From an uncultured Erysipelotrichaceae bacterium (GTDB taxonomy: Bacteria; Bacillota_I; Bacilli_A; RF39; UBA660): a stretch of DNA of 63,881 bases. The DNA is taken from positions 1-63,881 of the forward strand of contig CAOJNP010000003.1 of the NCBI GenBank assembly GCA_948439995.1, written 5' to 3'. The notes beneath the pieces are model-generated. The model had not been told where the DNA came from. It saw nothing but the letters and a program-made list of their open reading frames with translations, and made no database searches. How positions within the stretch are numbered: position 1 is the first letter of the stretch; each line of letters begins with the position of its first letter. A program made the position numbers and the translations under genes. Shown in pieces: positions 38,007 to 47,715 of the stretch.

Positions 38007-38773
38007 ATTATCACCATGAGTATTGTTAATATTACTCCCATTCCCATTCCATAATAAATAGATTTCTTTTTTCGATTGATCCAAATTTCTTTTAATAGTT
38101 CAAATATAGCAATATAAAGAATCATTCCAAATGTGATACACAATAGTCCAGATAAAATATTCTTAGAAATTTCTTTTTTTAGCAAAAATAAAAGAAAAGC
38201 TCCAATAAAACTAGAAATTGTTAACAAAAATAAGGAAGTATATTTCGTTTTTTTCTTTGTTTTCGTAAAATCCATTCCAAGGGCAATTTCTACACCAAGA
38301 GGAATATTATGTAATGAAACAGCAAGGGCCATCATAAGTCCTGTTTTAAAGTCAGTTAAACTCGTTGCATAAATTGACATTCCTTCTATTATATTATGGA
38401 GAATTAATGACATAGATGTAATAAATCCAATATGAAATAAGTGTTCATTATGTTCTAATTTGTTTTTTTCATTTTCTTTATGTTCATGGTGGTGATGTGG
38501 AACAAAATGATCTAAAATTTTTAATAAACCCATCCCACACAATGGTAGTATAAAAATGTATATAAAATTTTTGAAACGCGAATAGAATGTTACGTGTTCT
38601 TTCATTTCTGGAATCATATCAAAAAAAATCATTCCCATCATTACTATGAATGCCATTCCTATCGCAAAAAGTGTTAATTCTTGTTTCTTTTTTGATAATT
38701 TTGTTATTCCTATTCCAATTAAAAAGAAAACACCAACTAGTAAAGTTAATAATAGTCCATGTATATTTGCCAA
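38003..38773 (-). CDS. ZIP-family (ZupT-like) metal transporter
   Basis: 256 aa and multi-pass, with a His-rich loop (HFVPHHHHEHKE) and an HNIIEGM / HNIPLGVE motif pair. Confidence 0.75.
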   Translation of the reverse strand: MANIHGLLLTLLVGVFFLIGIGITKLSKKKQELTLFAIGMAFIVMMGMIFFDMIPEMKEHVTFYSRFKNFIYIFILPLCGMGLLKILDHFVPHHHHEHKENEKNKLEHNEHLFHIGFITSMSLILHNIIEGMSIYATSLTDFKTGLMMALAVSLHNIPLGVEIALGMDFTKTKKKTKYTSLFLLTISSFIGAFLLFLLKKEISKNILSGLLCITFGMILYIAIFELLKEIWINRKKKSIYYGMGMGVILTILMVIM

Positions 38774-38829
38774 TTTGAATCACTTCCTGCCGTTATTATA
38801 ACAGAATTATGAAAAAAGAAAAAGAGACT

Positions 38830-39468
38830 CTAATGAGATGGAGTCGCTTCTATTTTTAATTTTCCACGGAAAGTTCCTTCCGTTAATTCAATTTGATTGT
38901 TTTCAGGATCATTTTCTAACCACAAACGAAATACTAATTGATCTGTTGTATTTGGTGCAATGGTTAACACTGTTGAATTTAATGTCATATCTTCTACAGT
39001 AGTAACAGCTTTTTCATCTTCTGTTTCATTTGGTACATCACTTCTTGTAACATTTTCAAAGTTCCCACTTGCAATTTCACTTTCTCCTGTAGACGTTACG
39101 CGAATTAATTGCCATTTAAAATAATTGCTATATAAATTTTTGGATAATTGTATATCCGTTAGGTAAATATAATATTTTCCATTTACTGTTGAGGTATCTG
39201 CACTGGTTACAGAAAACTCAACTTTTTCAGCTTCATTTGCAACATTTGCTGCATCTACTAGTTGTAATTTTGCATTACTAATAGCAGAAGCTGTTGTTAA
39301 GGTACTACTTAAATCTAATTTCCCTGCACTTGTATTATCAATATTACTGTTTCCACTTTTATTGGCACTATAATAAGCATAACTTAAACTGACACCTAAA
39401 ACTACAATTGCTATCACCAAAATTACAATTTTCATGGCTTGATTTTTGATTATTTTTTTTTCATTCAT
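38830..39468 (-). CDS. Secreted/anchored protein with a TasA/camelysin-type (SipW-class-like) signal region
   Basis: 212 aa with an N-terminal TM followed by SLSYAYYSA, which resembles the GTFAYFSD signal-region motif. This is a weak call. Confidence 0.4.
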   Translation of the reverse strand: MNEKKIIKNQAMKIVILVIAIVVLGVSLSYAYYSANKSGNSNIDNTSAGKLDLSSTLTTASAISNAKLQLVDAANVANEAEKVEFSVTSADTSTVNGKYYIYLTDIQLSKNLYSNYFKWQLIRVTSTGESEIASGNFENVTRSDVPNETEDEKAVTTVEDMTLNSTVLTIAPNTTDQLVFRLWLENDPENNQIELTEGTFRGKLKIEATPSH

Positions 39469-39532
39469 AAGTATCTTCCTTATCTAGATAACATTATATC
39501 GAAATTTTATCATTAATACAATCATCTATTTT

Positions 39533-40186
39533 TTAGATTTTTGGTTCATAAGAAACAATATATAGTTTTTCTTCTTTTTCTATCATTTTTATTGTACCAA
39601 TTTGGTCGTATCCTAAATCAGTCTCATAATCCCAAGATAATTTTATTTCATAAGCTTTGTATTCTGTTTCTTCTATTAGGTAGGTGGTTTGTTCTAATGA
39701 TTGAATAGATATACTTTTGACGATTGGAAGTGCTTGCGTTCTTGTTTTATAAGAATCATCTTCTACTGTTTTATAAATGGTATCTAATACTTTTGAACGA
39801 AACGAATTCGTCGCATTTTCATAAAGGTATTCTAATCCTCCAATATCATATTTACTAATTTTATTTTGAATTGTATATAAATCTATAATAAAAAGTTGGG
39901 CCAAATATTTTGCATATTCTTCCATCCATTCTTCTGTTATTTCACTTTTTTCTTCTAATAATGTTTTTAATTCTTTGAAATAATTTCCAAATAATTCACT
40001 ATCACGATCATCTAATGTGTATTGATATCCTTCGATTTGATTGGTTACCTTTGCAACATTAGTAATCGGATTTTCAGTTTCTTCTGCTTTTTTAAAAAAA
40101 TTGTTATAGATTAAAAATCCTACTATTACAAGTATCACTAATATTATCAAACTAAAAATGACTTTGTATTTTTTCTTCATTTTCAT
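39533..40186 (-). CDS. Membrane-anchored hypothetical protein
   Basis: 217 aa with a single N-terminal TM helix. No motif recognised. Confidence 0.5.
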   Translation of the reverse strand: MKMKKKYKVIFSLIILVILVIVGFLIYNNFFKKAEETENPITNVAKVTNQIEGYQYTLDDRDSELFGNYFKELKTLLEEKSEITEEWMEEYAKYLAQLFIIDLYTIQNKISKYDIGGLEYLYENATNSFRSKVLDTIYKTVEDDSYKTRTQALPIVKSISIQSLEQTTYLIEETEYKAYEIKLSWDYETDLGYDQIGTIKMIEKEEKLYIVSYEPKI

Positions 40187-40284
40187 ATTTAAAATCGCCT
40201 CTTTATTTCTTAAAATGTATTATATCATGAGCTATTTTGTTTTTCAAATTCCTTTTTTTTGATATACTTTTTAGGGTAATATTT

Positions 40285-40680
40285 ATGAAAGTAATCACAA
40301 TACAACAACCTTTTGCTACTTTAATTGTTGAAGGATTAAAAAAATATGAATTTCGTACTTGGAAAACAAATTATCGAGGAGAAATTTTAATCCATGCTGG
40401 AAAAGGAATCGATCAAAAAGCAATGAAAAAATTTGAAGGTTGTGGATTTTCTTATCCAAGTGGATGTATTATAGGCAAAGCTACTTTAATTGATTGTATT
40501 TCAATTGATGAAAGAGCAAGAAAAATGTTAATAAAACAGAATTCTTTTGTTTATGAGCATGTTATTCAACATAAAGAGTGGAATTGTTATGGATTTCAAT
40601 TAGAAAAGATTGAAAAAATAAAACCAATTAAAATAAATGGCCAATTAGGCTTATGGAATTATAATTATGAAAAAGAATAA
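40285..40680 (+). CDS. ASCH-domain protein
   Basis: MKVITIQQPFATLIVEGLKKYEFRTW...ILIHAGK matches the ASCH N-terminal pattern. The internal ATG is preferred over the TTG ORF start. Confidence 0.7.
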   Translation: MKVITIQQPFATLIVEGLKKYEFRTWKTNYRGEILIHAGKGIDQKAMKKFEGCGFSYPSGCIIGKATLIDCISIDERARKMLIKQNSFVYEHVIQHKEWNCYGFQLEKIEKIKPIKINGQLGLWNYNYEKE

Positions 40681-40746
40681 TTTTTCAAAAATATTTTAAA
40701 CCATTAAAAAAAAGAAAAGTAATAATTGCTTTTCTTTTTTAAGCTT

Positions 40747-42639
40747 TTATTTGGATAATAATTCACAAACTAAATTACTAATTTCAGTTGGATTTTCAAT
40801 ACTTAAACCTTCGATTAATCTTGCTTGAGCAAATAAAATTTTTGTATATTTTTCTAAAGCTTCAAAATCTTTCTTTTGATATAATTCTTCTAATTTTTTA
40901 CAAATTTCATGATTTTCATTAATTTCCATCGTAATTTCTGCTTTTACATTTTGATTATTTGGCATGGCATTTAATACTTTTTCCATTTCAAGTGAAACTT
41001 CACCTTTACTAGTTAAACAAACTGGATGATTTTTTAAACGATGGGTATATTGAATCGTATTTACTTCTTCTTTTAAATATTCTTTCATTTTTTGAAATAA
41101 TTCTTGATTTTTTTCATTGGCTTTTTTTAACGCTTCTTTTTCTTCTTCTGTATCTAAATTCATCTTTTCATCGGCAACATTCATAAATTTTTTGCCATCA
41201 TATTCTTGCATCGTTTTTAATACAAATTCATCCATATAATCTGTCAAATAAAGAATTTCAAAACCTTTTTCTTTGACACTTTCTACTTGAGGAAGTAAAT
41301 CAATTTTTTCTATTGTTTCTCCACATGCATAATAAATGATATCTTGGTCAGTTGACATATTGGCGACATACTCTTTTAAAGTAATGTATTTTTTATCTTT
41401 GGATGAAATGTAAAGTAATAAATCTGATAGCATTTCTTTTTTCATTCCATAACTACTATAAATTCCATATTTTAATTGAGAACCAAAACTTTCAAAAAAC
41501 GTCTCATAATTTTTTCGATCTTCTTGTAACATTGTTTCTAATTCTTTTTTTATTTTTGTTTCTAATGTTTTCGCAATTTGTTCAATTTGATAATTTTCTT
41601 GAGTTGTTTCTCTTGAAATATTAAGAGAAATATCTTCACTATCAATAAGTCCTTTTACAAAGCTAAAGTAGTCAGGTAATAATTCACTACATTTTTCCAT
41701 TATCATAACACCTTTGGAATAAAGTTGTAATCCTTTTTCATATTCCTTGGTGTAATAATCATATGGAGCATGAGATGGAATAAATAATAAACTGGTATAA
41801 CTAACTCTTCCTTCTACAACATTACGAAAAATACGAATAGGCTTTTCATAGTCATAAAATTTATCAGTATAAAAATCATTGTATTCTTCTTCTTTTACTT
41901 TTTCTTTTGTTTTTTTCCAAATAGGAATCATACTATTTAAAGTTTTGTATTCCTTTTCGATTGTTGTTTCTTCACTATCTTCTTTTTTGGTTTCTTTTGT
42001 AATGGTCATTTTAATTGGATAATGAATATAATCTGAATATTTTTTAATAAGCCGTTCTATTGTATATTCTTCTAAAAACTCATCATAATTTATTTCATCC
42101 GTATTTTCTTTTAAAGAAAGTATTATTTCAGTTCCATTTTCTTTTTTCTCACATTCTTCAATCGAATAACCTTCCGCTCCAGATGAGATCCAACAATAAG
42201 CATTTTTAGAATCAATACTTTTACTTTTTACTACGACTTGATTACTTATCATAAAAGCAGAATAAAATCCAACTCCAAATTGTCCAATAATATCAATATC
42301 TTTCTTTTTCTCATTGTTTTCTTTAAATAATTCAGATCCACTTTTTGCAATCGTTCCTAGATTGGTTTCTAATTCTTCCTCTGTCATTCCTATTCCATTA
42401 TCAATAATGGTAATCGTTCTTTTTTCTTTATCCATTGCAATACGTATTTGTAAGTCATCTTTGTTGATTTTCATATTTTTTGCTGTTAGTGAACGATAAT
42501 ACAATTTATCAATGGCATCACTGGCATTAGAAATCAATTCTCTTAAAAATATTTCTTTATTAGTATAAATTGCATTAATCATCATGTCCAATAATTTTTT
42601 TGATTCAGCTTTAAATTGTTTTTTCTTCACAATATTCAT
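40747..42639 (-). CDS. htpG: Molecular chaperone HtpG (Hsp90)
   Basis: FKAESKKLLDMMINAIYTNKEIFLRELISNASDAIDK and GQFGVGFYSAF motifs. The start at MNIVKKK places the CIRCE element in the 5' region rather than inside the CDS. Confidence 0.9.
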   Translation of the reverse strand: MNIVKKKQFKAESKKLLDMMINAIYTNKEIFLRELISNASDAIDKLYYRSLTAKNMKINKDDLQIRIAMDKEKRTITIIDNGIGMTEEELETNLGTIAKSGSELFKENNEKKKDIDIIGQFGVGFYSAFMISNQVVVKSKSIDSKNAYCWISSGAEGYSIEECEKKENGTEIILSLKENTDEINYDEFLEEYTIERLIKKYSDYIHYPIKMTITKETKKEDSEETTIEKEYKTLNSMIPIWKKTKEKVKEEEYNDFYTDKFYDYEKPIRIFRNVVEGRVSYTSLLFIPSHAPYDYYTKEYEKGLQLYSKGVMIMEKCSELLPDYFSFVKGLIDSEDISLNISRETTQENYQIEQIAKTLETKIKKELETMLQEDRKNYETFFESFGSQLKYGIYSSYGMKKEMLSDLLLYISSKDKKYITLKEYVANMSTDQDIIYYACGETIEKIDLLPQVESVKEKGFEILYLTDYMDEFVLKTMQEYDGKKFMNVADEKMNLDTEEEKEALKKANEKNQELFQKMKEYLKEEVNTIQYTHRLKNHPVCLTSKGEVSLEMEKVLNAMPNNQNVKAEITMEINENHEICKKLEELYQKKDFEALEKYTKILFAQARLIEGLSIENPTEISNLVCELLSK

Positions 42640-42670
42640 CTCTTTTCTAAATAAAAGATTATCACTCCTT

Positions 42671-42697
42671 TTAGCACTTGTCAATATATAGTGCTAA
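42671..42697. promoter_or_regulatory. CIRCE (HrcA operator) upstream of htpG
   Basis: TTAGCACTT-N9-TAGTGCTAA against the consensus TTAGCACTC-N9-GAGTGCTAA (16/18). A TTGACA hexamer on the minus strand straddles the spacer and left arm (42679-42684). Confidence 0.75.
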
Positions 42698-42868
42698 CTT
42701 TTTCTAGTTCAATTTCTCACTTAGTAATATTAATCGTAAGCATCATCCTTATTTTAGAATGATTTCTTTGTAACAACAAAAAACCAATTCAATCGAATTG
42801 ATTTCTATATCTCAATGTCCGAAAAGTTCGAACAGATTCGTCAATGGAGCGATAACTATACATGTATG
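42698..42868 (-). repeat. Solo truncated copy of the recombinase-module leader
   Basis: Alignable with 60690..60851 and 45540..45684. Homology stops at caatggagcga and, on the other side, directly at the CIRCE element. Confidence 0.75.
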
Positions 42869-42937
42869 CGAAAAATTATACACCCAAGATTGATTAAATC
42901 AACTGATAAATAATTATCAGCAGATACTATAATTATT

Positions 42938-43375
42938 TCAAGATACGCACTTACATTTTTTCTTTTGTTTTTTATTCCTAAGTTCTTCCGGCCAATCATA
43001 TGGATAAGTTATTAACTGAGTAGCTGAATGAATAGAAGTGCTATCATTTATTGATTTAACAAAACCAAAATCAATCAATTTTAAATTCCCATCATTAGTT
43101 ACTAAAATATTATTTATCCTTATATCTCTGTGGCATATTTTTTTGCTTTCTAAATACTTAAAAACATTTAATATTTGTAGAAATATATTGCTAATTTCTT
43201 TTCTATTGTCTTTTATGTAATCAAATATATTTTTTTCCTTCTATAAATTCCATGATATAGCAACCAATGTGTTTATTTTCATCTATTATATAATCGTATA
43301 TATTAACAATATTTTCATGCTTATAACCTAAACAAGCTCGATATGGTAAATCACTACCACGTACATAATAGCACT
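42938..43375 (-). pseudogene. Protein-kinase-like gene remnant (N-terminally truncated, frameshifted)
   Basis: Minus-strand translation gives CHRDIRINNILVTNDGNLKLIDFGF (catalytic loop plus DFG). It is preceded, in another frame, by GYKHENIVNIYDYIIDENKHIGCYIMEFIEGK. There is no glycine loop or start. Confidence 0.65.
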
Positions 43376-43488
43376 ATCTAAAAATATAATAGATTTAATA
43401 CACTATAAAAGCATTATAAATTTGAAATTTTTCTTATTTTATGTTATTATAAATTTTCTAATTTCCAATTTAAAGGGGGAGGGATTAT

Positions 43489-44499
43489 ATGACAACTTTT
43501 GAACAAAATTTAGAAAAAGCAAAAAATGATGAAAAGATAGTTTATTATGACTATTTATCATATAAAAGAGCAGCTGGTTGGTGGACAGGATTCATGAATG
43601 ACGATTGGCATAGACCTACGGTAATAAAAAAAGCCAAATATAATGCTCAATTTTTGCAAAAATTACCACAATACTATTTTTTAGGATTTCCAATTAAAGA
43701 ATTATTAAAATGCAGTTATAGCAATGGGTATTGTCATGCATGTGTAGTTGCTTTGAGTTTATATTTTCAAGATTTTGAAATAGTAACTTGTAATTTACAA
43801 AATTATGCTGATCATTATACAGTTAAATCTGGAGAAAAAACAGAAGAATATGAGCATACTTTTTTACTAATTGAATTAGATGGTAAAAAGACTGTTATTG
43901 ATAGCACATTTGGTTTTATTACTGATTTTGAATCTTATAAAGAAATTTTTAATCCAAATAATATTAGAATTATAACTTCTGGACAACTAAAAGAAGTAAA
44001 ACCTTATCAATATATAAAATCATTAAAATTATATAAAGGCTCTCCGCTTGGATTGAATGAAGTATATGACGAAGAAAAAAAAGAATGGCATGCAACTGAA
44101 GAAGAACAAAAATATCAAAAAATATTAAAAGAATATATGAATATGTGTCGTAATTATAGTAATGATCAAAATACTCATTTATCCGATTTTATTAAAATAT
44201 GTTTACTTAATACATCTAATAGTAGTTGCCTTGAAAATTGGAGAGATCACTTAGAATTTAAAAAAATCCATAATACGAAATTTGAATATCCAACAGTAAA
44301 TTTATCTTCTTTAGAAGATGATGAGTTTGATGAAAATTTATATAGTGATTGCGAAGATACTATTATTAAAAATGAAATAACATTACTAAGTTATCATATT
44401 CAAGAAAATAATGAAGATAATAGCCCTTCATACAGAGAGTCTAATTTAAAAATTAGAGTTCGCAGTTTTATAAATAAAATAAAATCACAGTTTATTTAA
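43489..44499 (+). CDS. Hypothetical protein (possible Cys-His-Asp hydrolase)
   Basis: 336 aa with a gggggaggg RBS. The NGYCHACVVAL ... YEHTFLLIE ... VIDST spacing is reminiscent of papain/transglutaminase-like folds. Unverified. Confidence 0.45.
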   Translation: MTTFEQNLEKAKNDEKIVYYDYLSYKRAAGWWTGFMNDDWHRPTVIKKAKYNAQFLQKLPQYYFLGFPIKELLKCSYSNGYCHACVVALSLYFQDFEIVTCNLQNYADHYTVKSGEKTEEYEHTFLLIELDGKKTVIDSTFGFITDFESYKEIFNPNNIRIITSGQLKEVKPYQYIKSLKLYKGSPLGLNEVYDEEKKEWHATEEEQKYQKILKEYMNMCRNYSNDQNTHLSDFIKICLLNTSNSSCLENWRDHLEFKKIHNTKFEYPTVNLSSLEDDEFDENLYSDCEDTIIKNEITLLSYHIQENNEDNSPSYRESNLKIRVRSFINKIKSQFI

Positions 44500-44698
44500 A
44501 CATAGTTTTAAGTTAGAAATCTAAAAGAAGCTTCATAACTAATGGATTTTTGCTTAAAACCTAATTCCTGACAACTAGGTAAAAACACATTACTAAGTTG
44601 TCAAAGACAACTTATCTTTGTGCTTAAGAACAACCTTTGGAATCTTTAAAGAGCAGTGTAAAAATCGCTCTTTTGACGTTTAAAAATAGTTGGTGCTA

Positions 44699-45112
44699 TT
44701 ATGTGTATGGAAGCTGACCTTTTTTGATAGTAGTCATTCTCATAAAAAAGATACCTGTTGAAGTTTCCATATTTAATTCTTCGCATATGCTTTCTAAACT
44801 ACAATTAGTTTCTCCTAGTAAATTACAAATGAACTCTAAATCTTGAATAGAACGAGTAAGTCTATCTGATTTATAAACAATAATTTTGTTTATTTTTCCA
44901 TCTTTCATATCTTGAACCATTTCTTGAAACTTAGGTTGTTTCATATTTTTAGCTGAAACTCTTTCTTCACGATAAATTTTGTAAATCTTATACTTCTTAT
45001 AATCACATAATCTTTTCATGCTTTCTTCTTGCTCCTTCACGGACTTGATCCTCCGTGCTTACACGAGGGTATAAACCACAAATTACTTCTTTTTTATTCA
45101 ATACAAATTCAT
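44699..45112 (-). pseudogene. Large serine recombinase remnant (N-terminal catalytic domain only, frameshifted)
   Basis: An ATG with an aaaaggag RBS at 45112, then [17 protein letters not shown] in one frame and EQEESMKRL...DRLTRSIQDLEF in another. It aligns to residues ~1-130 of the 58334..60292 product. The C-terminal 500 aa are missing. Confidence 0.8.
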
Positions 45113-45297
45113 CTCCTTTTCTTTATTCTTTCGACATTTCTTATGACATTTGTTACGACATTTCAAAAAAAGAGAAGTGAAGGTACTATTAAAAATAATA
45201 CTTTCACTTCTCAAAATACATTGTAAGACTATGAGATAACTCTCTATCCATTATTAATTTTACAACTTTTGTCTTAAAATGTCCATCCTGTGAAAGT

Positions 45298-45543
45298 TTA
45301 TTTCATAGTGTTTAAAGAGTTTTCTAACTCTGATATCTGAATTTTATTTGTTAGATTTCTAATATAAATATCAGTAGAATAATTAAATATAAGAAATATG
45401 ATACCTTTGATAATAACCCTATGGGGTTCTATAAAGTTTAAATTCGATTTATCAATCTTTCTTATACTACCATTAATAAATAGGGGCTTAGTTTTACAGA
45501 ATTGACAGATAAACTCTAATCGTTGCTTTAAACTTTCTTCCAT
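45298..45543 (-). CDS. Small conserved element protein (paralog of 60457..60732)
   Basis: 81 aa. MEESLKQRLEFICQFCKTKPLFINGSIRKIDKSNL... is about 65% identical by eye to the other copy. Confidence 0.6.
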   Translation of the reverse strand: MEESLKQRLEFICQFCKTKPLFINGSIRKIDKSNLNFIEPHRVIIKGIIFLIFNYSTDIYIRNLTNKIQISELENSLNTMK

Positions 45544-45575
45544 TTCAATTTCTTGTTAATGATTTGAAGCATAAA

Positions 45576-45763
45576 CACCATCCTCTTTAGGATGATTTCT
45601 TTGTAACAACAAAAAAACCAATCTTTCGATTGATTTCTATATATCAATGTCCGAAAAGTTCGAGCAGATTCGTCAATGGAGTGAATCACATACAAGTTAC
45701 GAACTTTGTTCTCTTTCTAAAAATATTATATATGAATTAGTATTAAATTTAAATGGGAGTATA
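45576..45763 (-). repeat. Leader copy (decayed element)
   Basis: Near-identical to 60735..60925, including the stem-loops and terminator. Its -35 is weakened (TTTAAA). Confidence 0.8.
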
Positions 45764-45905
45764 CGAAATTTTTAATATTTATTGTATAATTAATTAAAAT
45801 AAAACTTTATATTTATTTTGGTGATATAGAATGGAAAATTTAGAAAAAATATAAAAAAATACATTATTTATAATATTAATAGGAATAACAGGGTTCTGTT
45901 TTGGA

Positions 45906-46973
45906 TTGTTAGATTGGGATAGTAATTTAGTAGATTTATTCTATTTAAAATATAATAATGCTTTTTTAGTATCTATTATATCAGCTAATATTGGAACAGC
46001 CAGACTTTTAGCAACTTTATTCTGTATAAAAATCAATTCATCAAAGAAACCGAATTTTGTTTTTACTACTTGTATAATATTATGTTCTTTAATTGCAATT
46101 ATTACCGCTATATGTTTTGATTTACAATTCATTATACCATTTGTAATAACTTATTTAATAGAAGTATTTTCTGGTTATCACTATGCTTATGCGTATAATT
46201 CGTTGCCAGAAGATATGGCAATGGATGCTCATTCAAAAAGAATATCCGTTTTCAAATTAGTACAAGCAGTGGGAATCGCAACTGCAGGATTTGTTTGTTC
46301 AAAATACATTAATAATGCTTTCTTAATTATTGTGATTTTAGCAACTATAGTTTTTGCTATAGGAATCGTTTTTGTTAAACAAGTTAAAAATTATCCTAAA
46401 GTAAAAGAAGATGAAAAACAAAATTTAATAAAGAAACTAAATATATTTAAATATACATCGTACTTTAGAAAGTGGTTTTTTATTCGCATTTTAGGAAAAT
46501 TTGCATTGTCTTCATTGATAGTTTTATTATCAATGAAAGTAATAAATAACGGACAAAGTATTGTAGTTTTAAAAACTGTAAAAAGTTTTGAATGGATATT
46601 AAGTGGTATCGGATTTTTCTTGTCAAGTTATTTTATAAGGAAAAAATTAATTGTAAAGGGTGATATAGTATTAAAATTTTTAATATCAATATTAATACCT
46701 ATGGTTTTTATAAGTCCTAATGTTATATTTATCATTATTTTATTAGATGGTATATTAACAATGTCTCATTTGGAAATGTTAAAAAAAGATAACGATAATA
46801 TTAATATACCTCAAAAAGATATGATCATTAATCTTGCAAGATATATTGCAAAGATGATTTCTGCGTATATATTAATAAACATTAATAGTAATATTGCATT
46901 AATTATAATTATTATAACATTAACATTAAGTACGATTTTTGAATTAAAATTATACAAATATAAAAAAAGCTAA
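45906..46973 (+). CDS. MFS-like multi-pass membrane protein (cargo of the decayed element), possibly inactivated
   Basis: 355 aa from a TTG start, with about 10 hydrophobic helices. An in-frame ATG at 45831 (MENLEKI) is separated from the rest of TM1 by a TAA at 45852. Confidence 0.55.
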   Translation: MLDWDSNLVDLFYLKYNNAFLVSIISANIGTARLLATLFCIKINSSKKPNFVFTTCIILCSLIAIITAICFDLQFIIPFVITYLIEVFSGYHYAYAYNSLPEDMAMDAHSKRISVFKLVQAVGIATAGFVCSKYINNAFLIIVILATIVFAIGIVFVKQVKNYPKVKEDEKQNLIKKLNIFKYTSYFRKWFFIRILGKFALSSLIVLLSMKVINNGQSIVVLKTVKSFEWILSGIGFFLSSYFIRKKLIVKGDIVLKFLISILIPMVFISPNVIFIIILLDGILTMSHLEMLKKDNDNINIPQKDMIINLARYIAKMISAYILININSNIALIIIIITLTLSTIFELKLYKYKKS

Positions 46974-46974
46974 A

Positions 46975-47105
46975 GGGTATGGGAATTTCCATAATAGAAA
47001 ACATGTGGAAGTAGGTTTTCAGTGCTGGCTAGGACATAACAATTTATTTGTTCCCACACTTCTTAAGTTAAATTTTAAAGAATTGTTTGTTTTGCAGTCC
47101 TATCT
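46975..47105. repeat. Cargo-slot right-flank repeat (decayed copy)
   Basis: Alignable with 61631..61764 (gggtatggga...gttttcagtgctggctaggacataa...). Confidence 0.8.
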
Positions 47106-47327
47106 TCATACATAAATTAGTTCTTTTAATATAATTTCCTCAACAATATTTTTATAGTTATTCAGCAATTTTCCCCATTCAAATTGATTCTCATTTTTAT
47201 CTTTTTCAGATAGTAATTTATCAAATTTCTTGTATTGTTCTATTAAAATATTTAGTCTGTTTTCTTCTTAAATACTTACTGAAACAAGATGATTTGTTAG
47301 TTCATTTGCCATTAAAAGTGTTGTATA
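47106..47327 (-). pseudogene. tnpV remnant
   Basis: Aligns with the 3' two thirds of 61765..62073 and has internal stop(s). Homology ends near 47327. Confidence 0.7.
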
Positions 47328-47608
47328 AAGTACTTACTCTAGTATTGCAAGATTAGTAGGATATGTAATTTGATACTCTGTAGGCTCTATAACTTGTAAA
47401 TTAGTATGTAATAAGAGTTTAATTGTTCCTTTCTTAACATTGTGAGTATAGTCTTTGATTATCTCCAAAATTTCTTTATTTGGCTTTAATGTTTATATAG
47501 TTTTAAATTCCAACATCAAAAAAGTCTTTCTTCTTGGAAAGAGAACTTTAAGTCTTTATATAAAATAAAAACTCACGAACTTGTTATAGTCCGTAAGTTG
47601 TTTTCAAA

Positions 47609-47683
47609 TGGAGCAAGTGAGGAGGATCGAACTCCCATCTCAACCTTGGCAAGGTCGTATACTAGCCATTGTACTACACCTGC
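47609..47683 (-). tRNA. tRNA-Gly (GCC)
   Basis: Hand-folded from the reverse complement: acceptor GCAGGTG/CACTTGC (one G-U), anticodon stem CGACC/GGTTG with loop TTGCCAA, T loop TTCGATC, and encoded CCA. Confidence 0.85.
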
Positions 47684-47715
47684 ATTTGCAAAAATAATAT
47701 ATCAAAAAGTGGTTA

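Larger units (their letters stand above)
42698..47608. mobile_element. Decayed serine-recombinase element(s) between htpG and tRNA-Gly
   Basis: Contains a solo leader remnant, a frameshifted recombinase fragment, a paralog of the small ORF, a leader copy, a cargo gene, a flank repeat and a tnpV remnant, in the same order as the intact element at 53-64 kb. Confidence 0.7.

Noticed and set aside
522-38773. Mollicutes-type genetic code 4 (TGA = Trp), considered because of the extreme AT content.
   Set aside because: Several well-supported genes terminate at TGA at the position expected from family length (the YnbB-like gene at 522-524 and the ZIP transporter at 38003-38005). Trp is encoded by TGG throughout.
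43038-43220. 60-aa plus-strand ORF.
   Set aside because: It is the antisense frame of the protein-kinase relic.
45029-45226. 65-aa plus-strand ORF.
   Set aside because: It lies antisense to the frameshifted recombinase N-terminus and the conserved terminator hairpin. No RBS is present.
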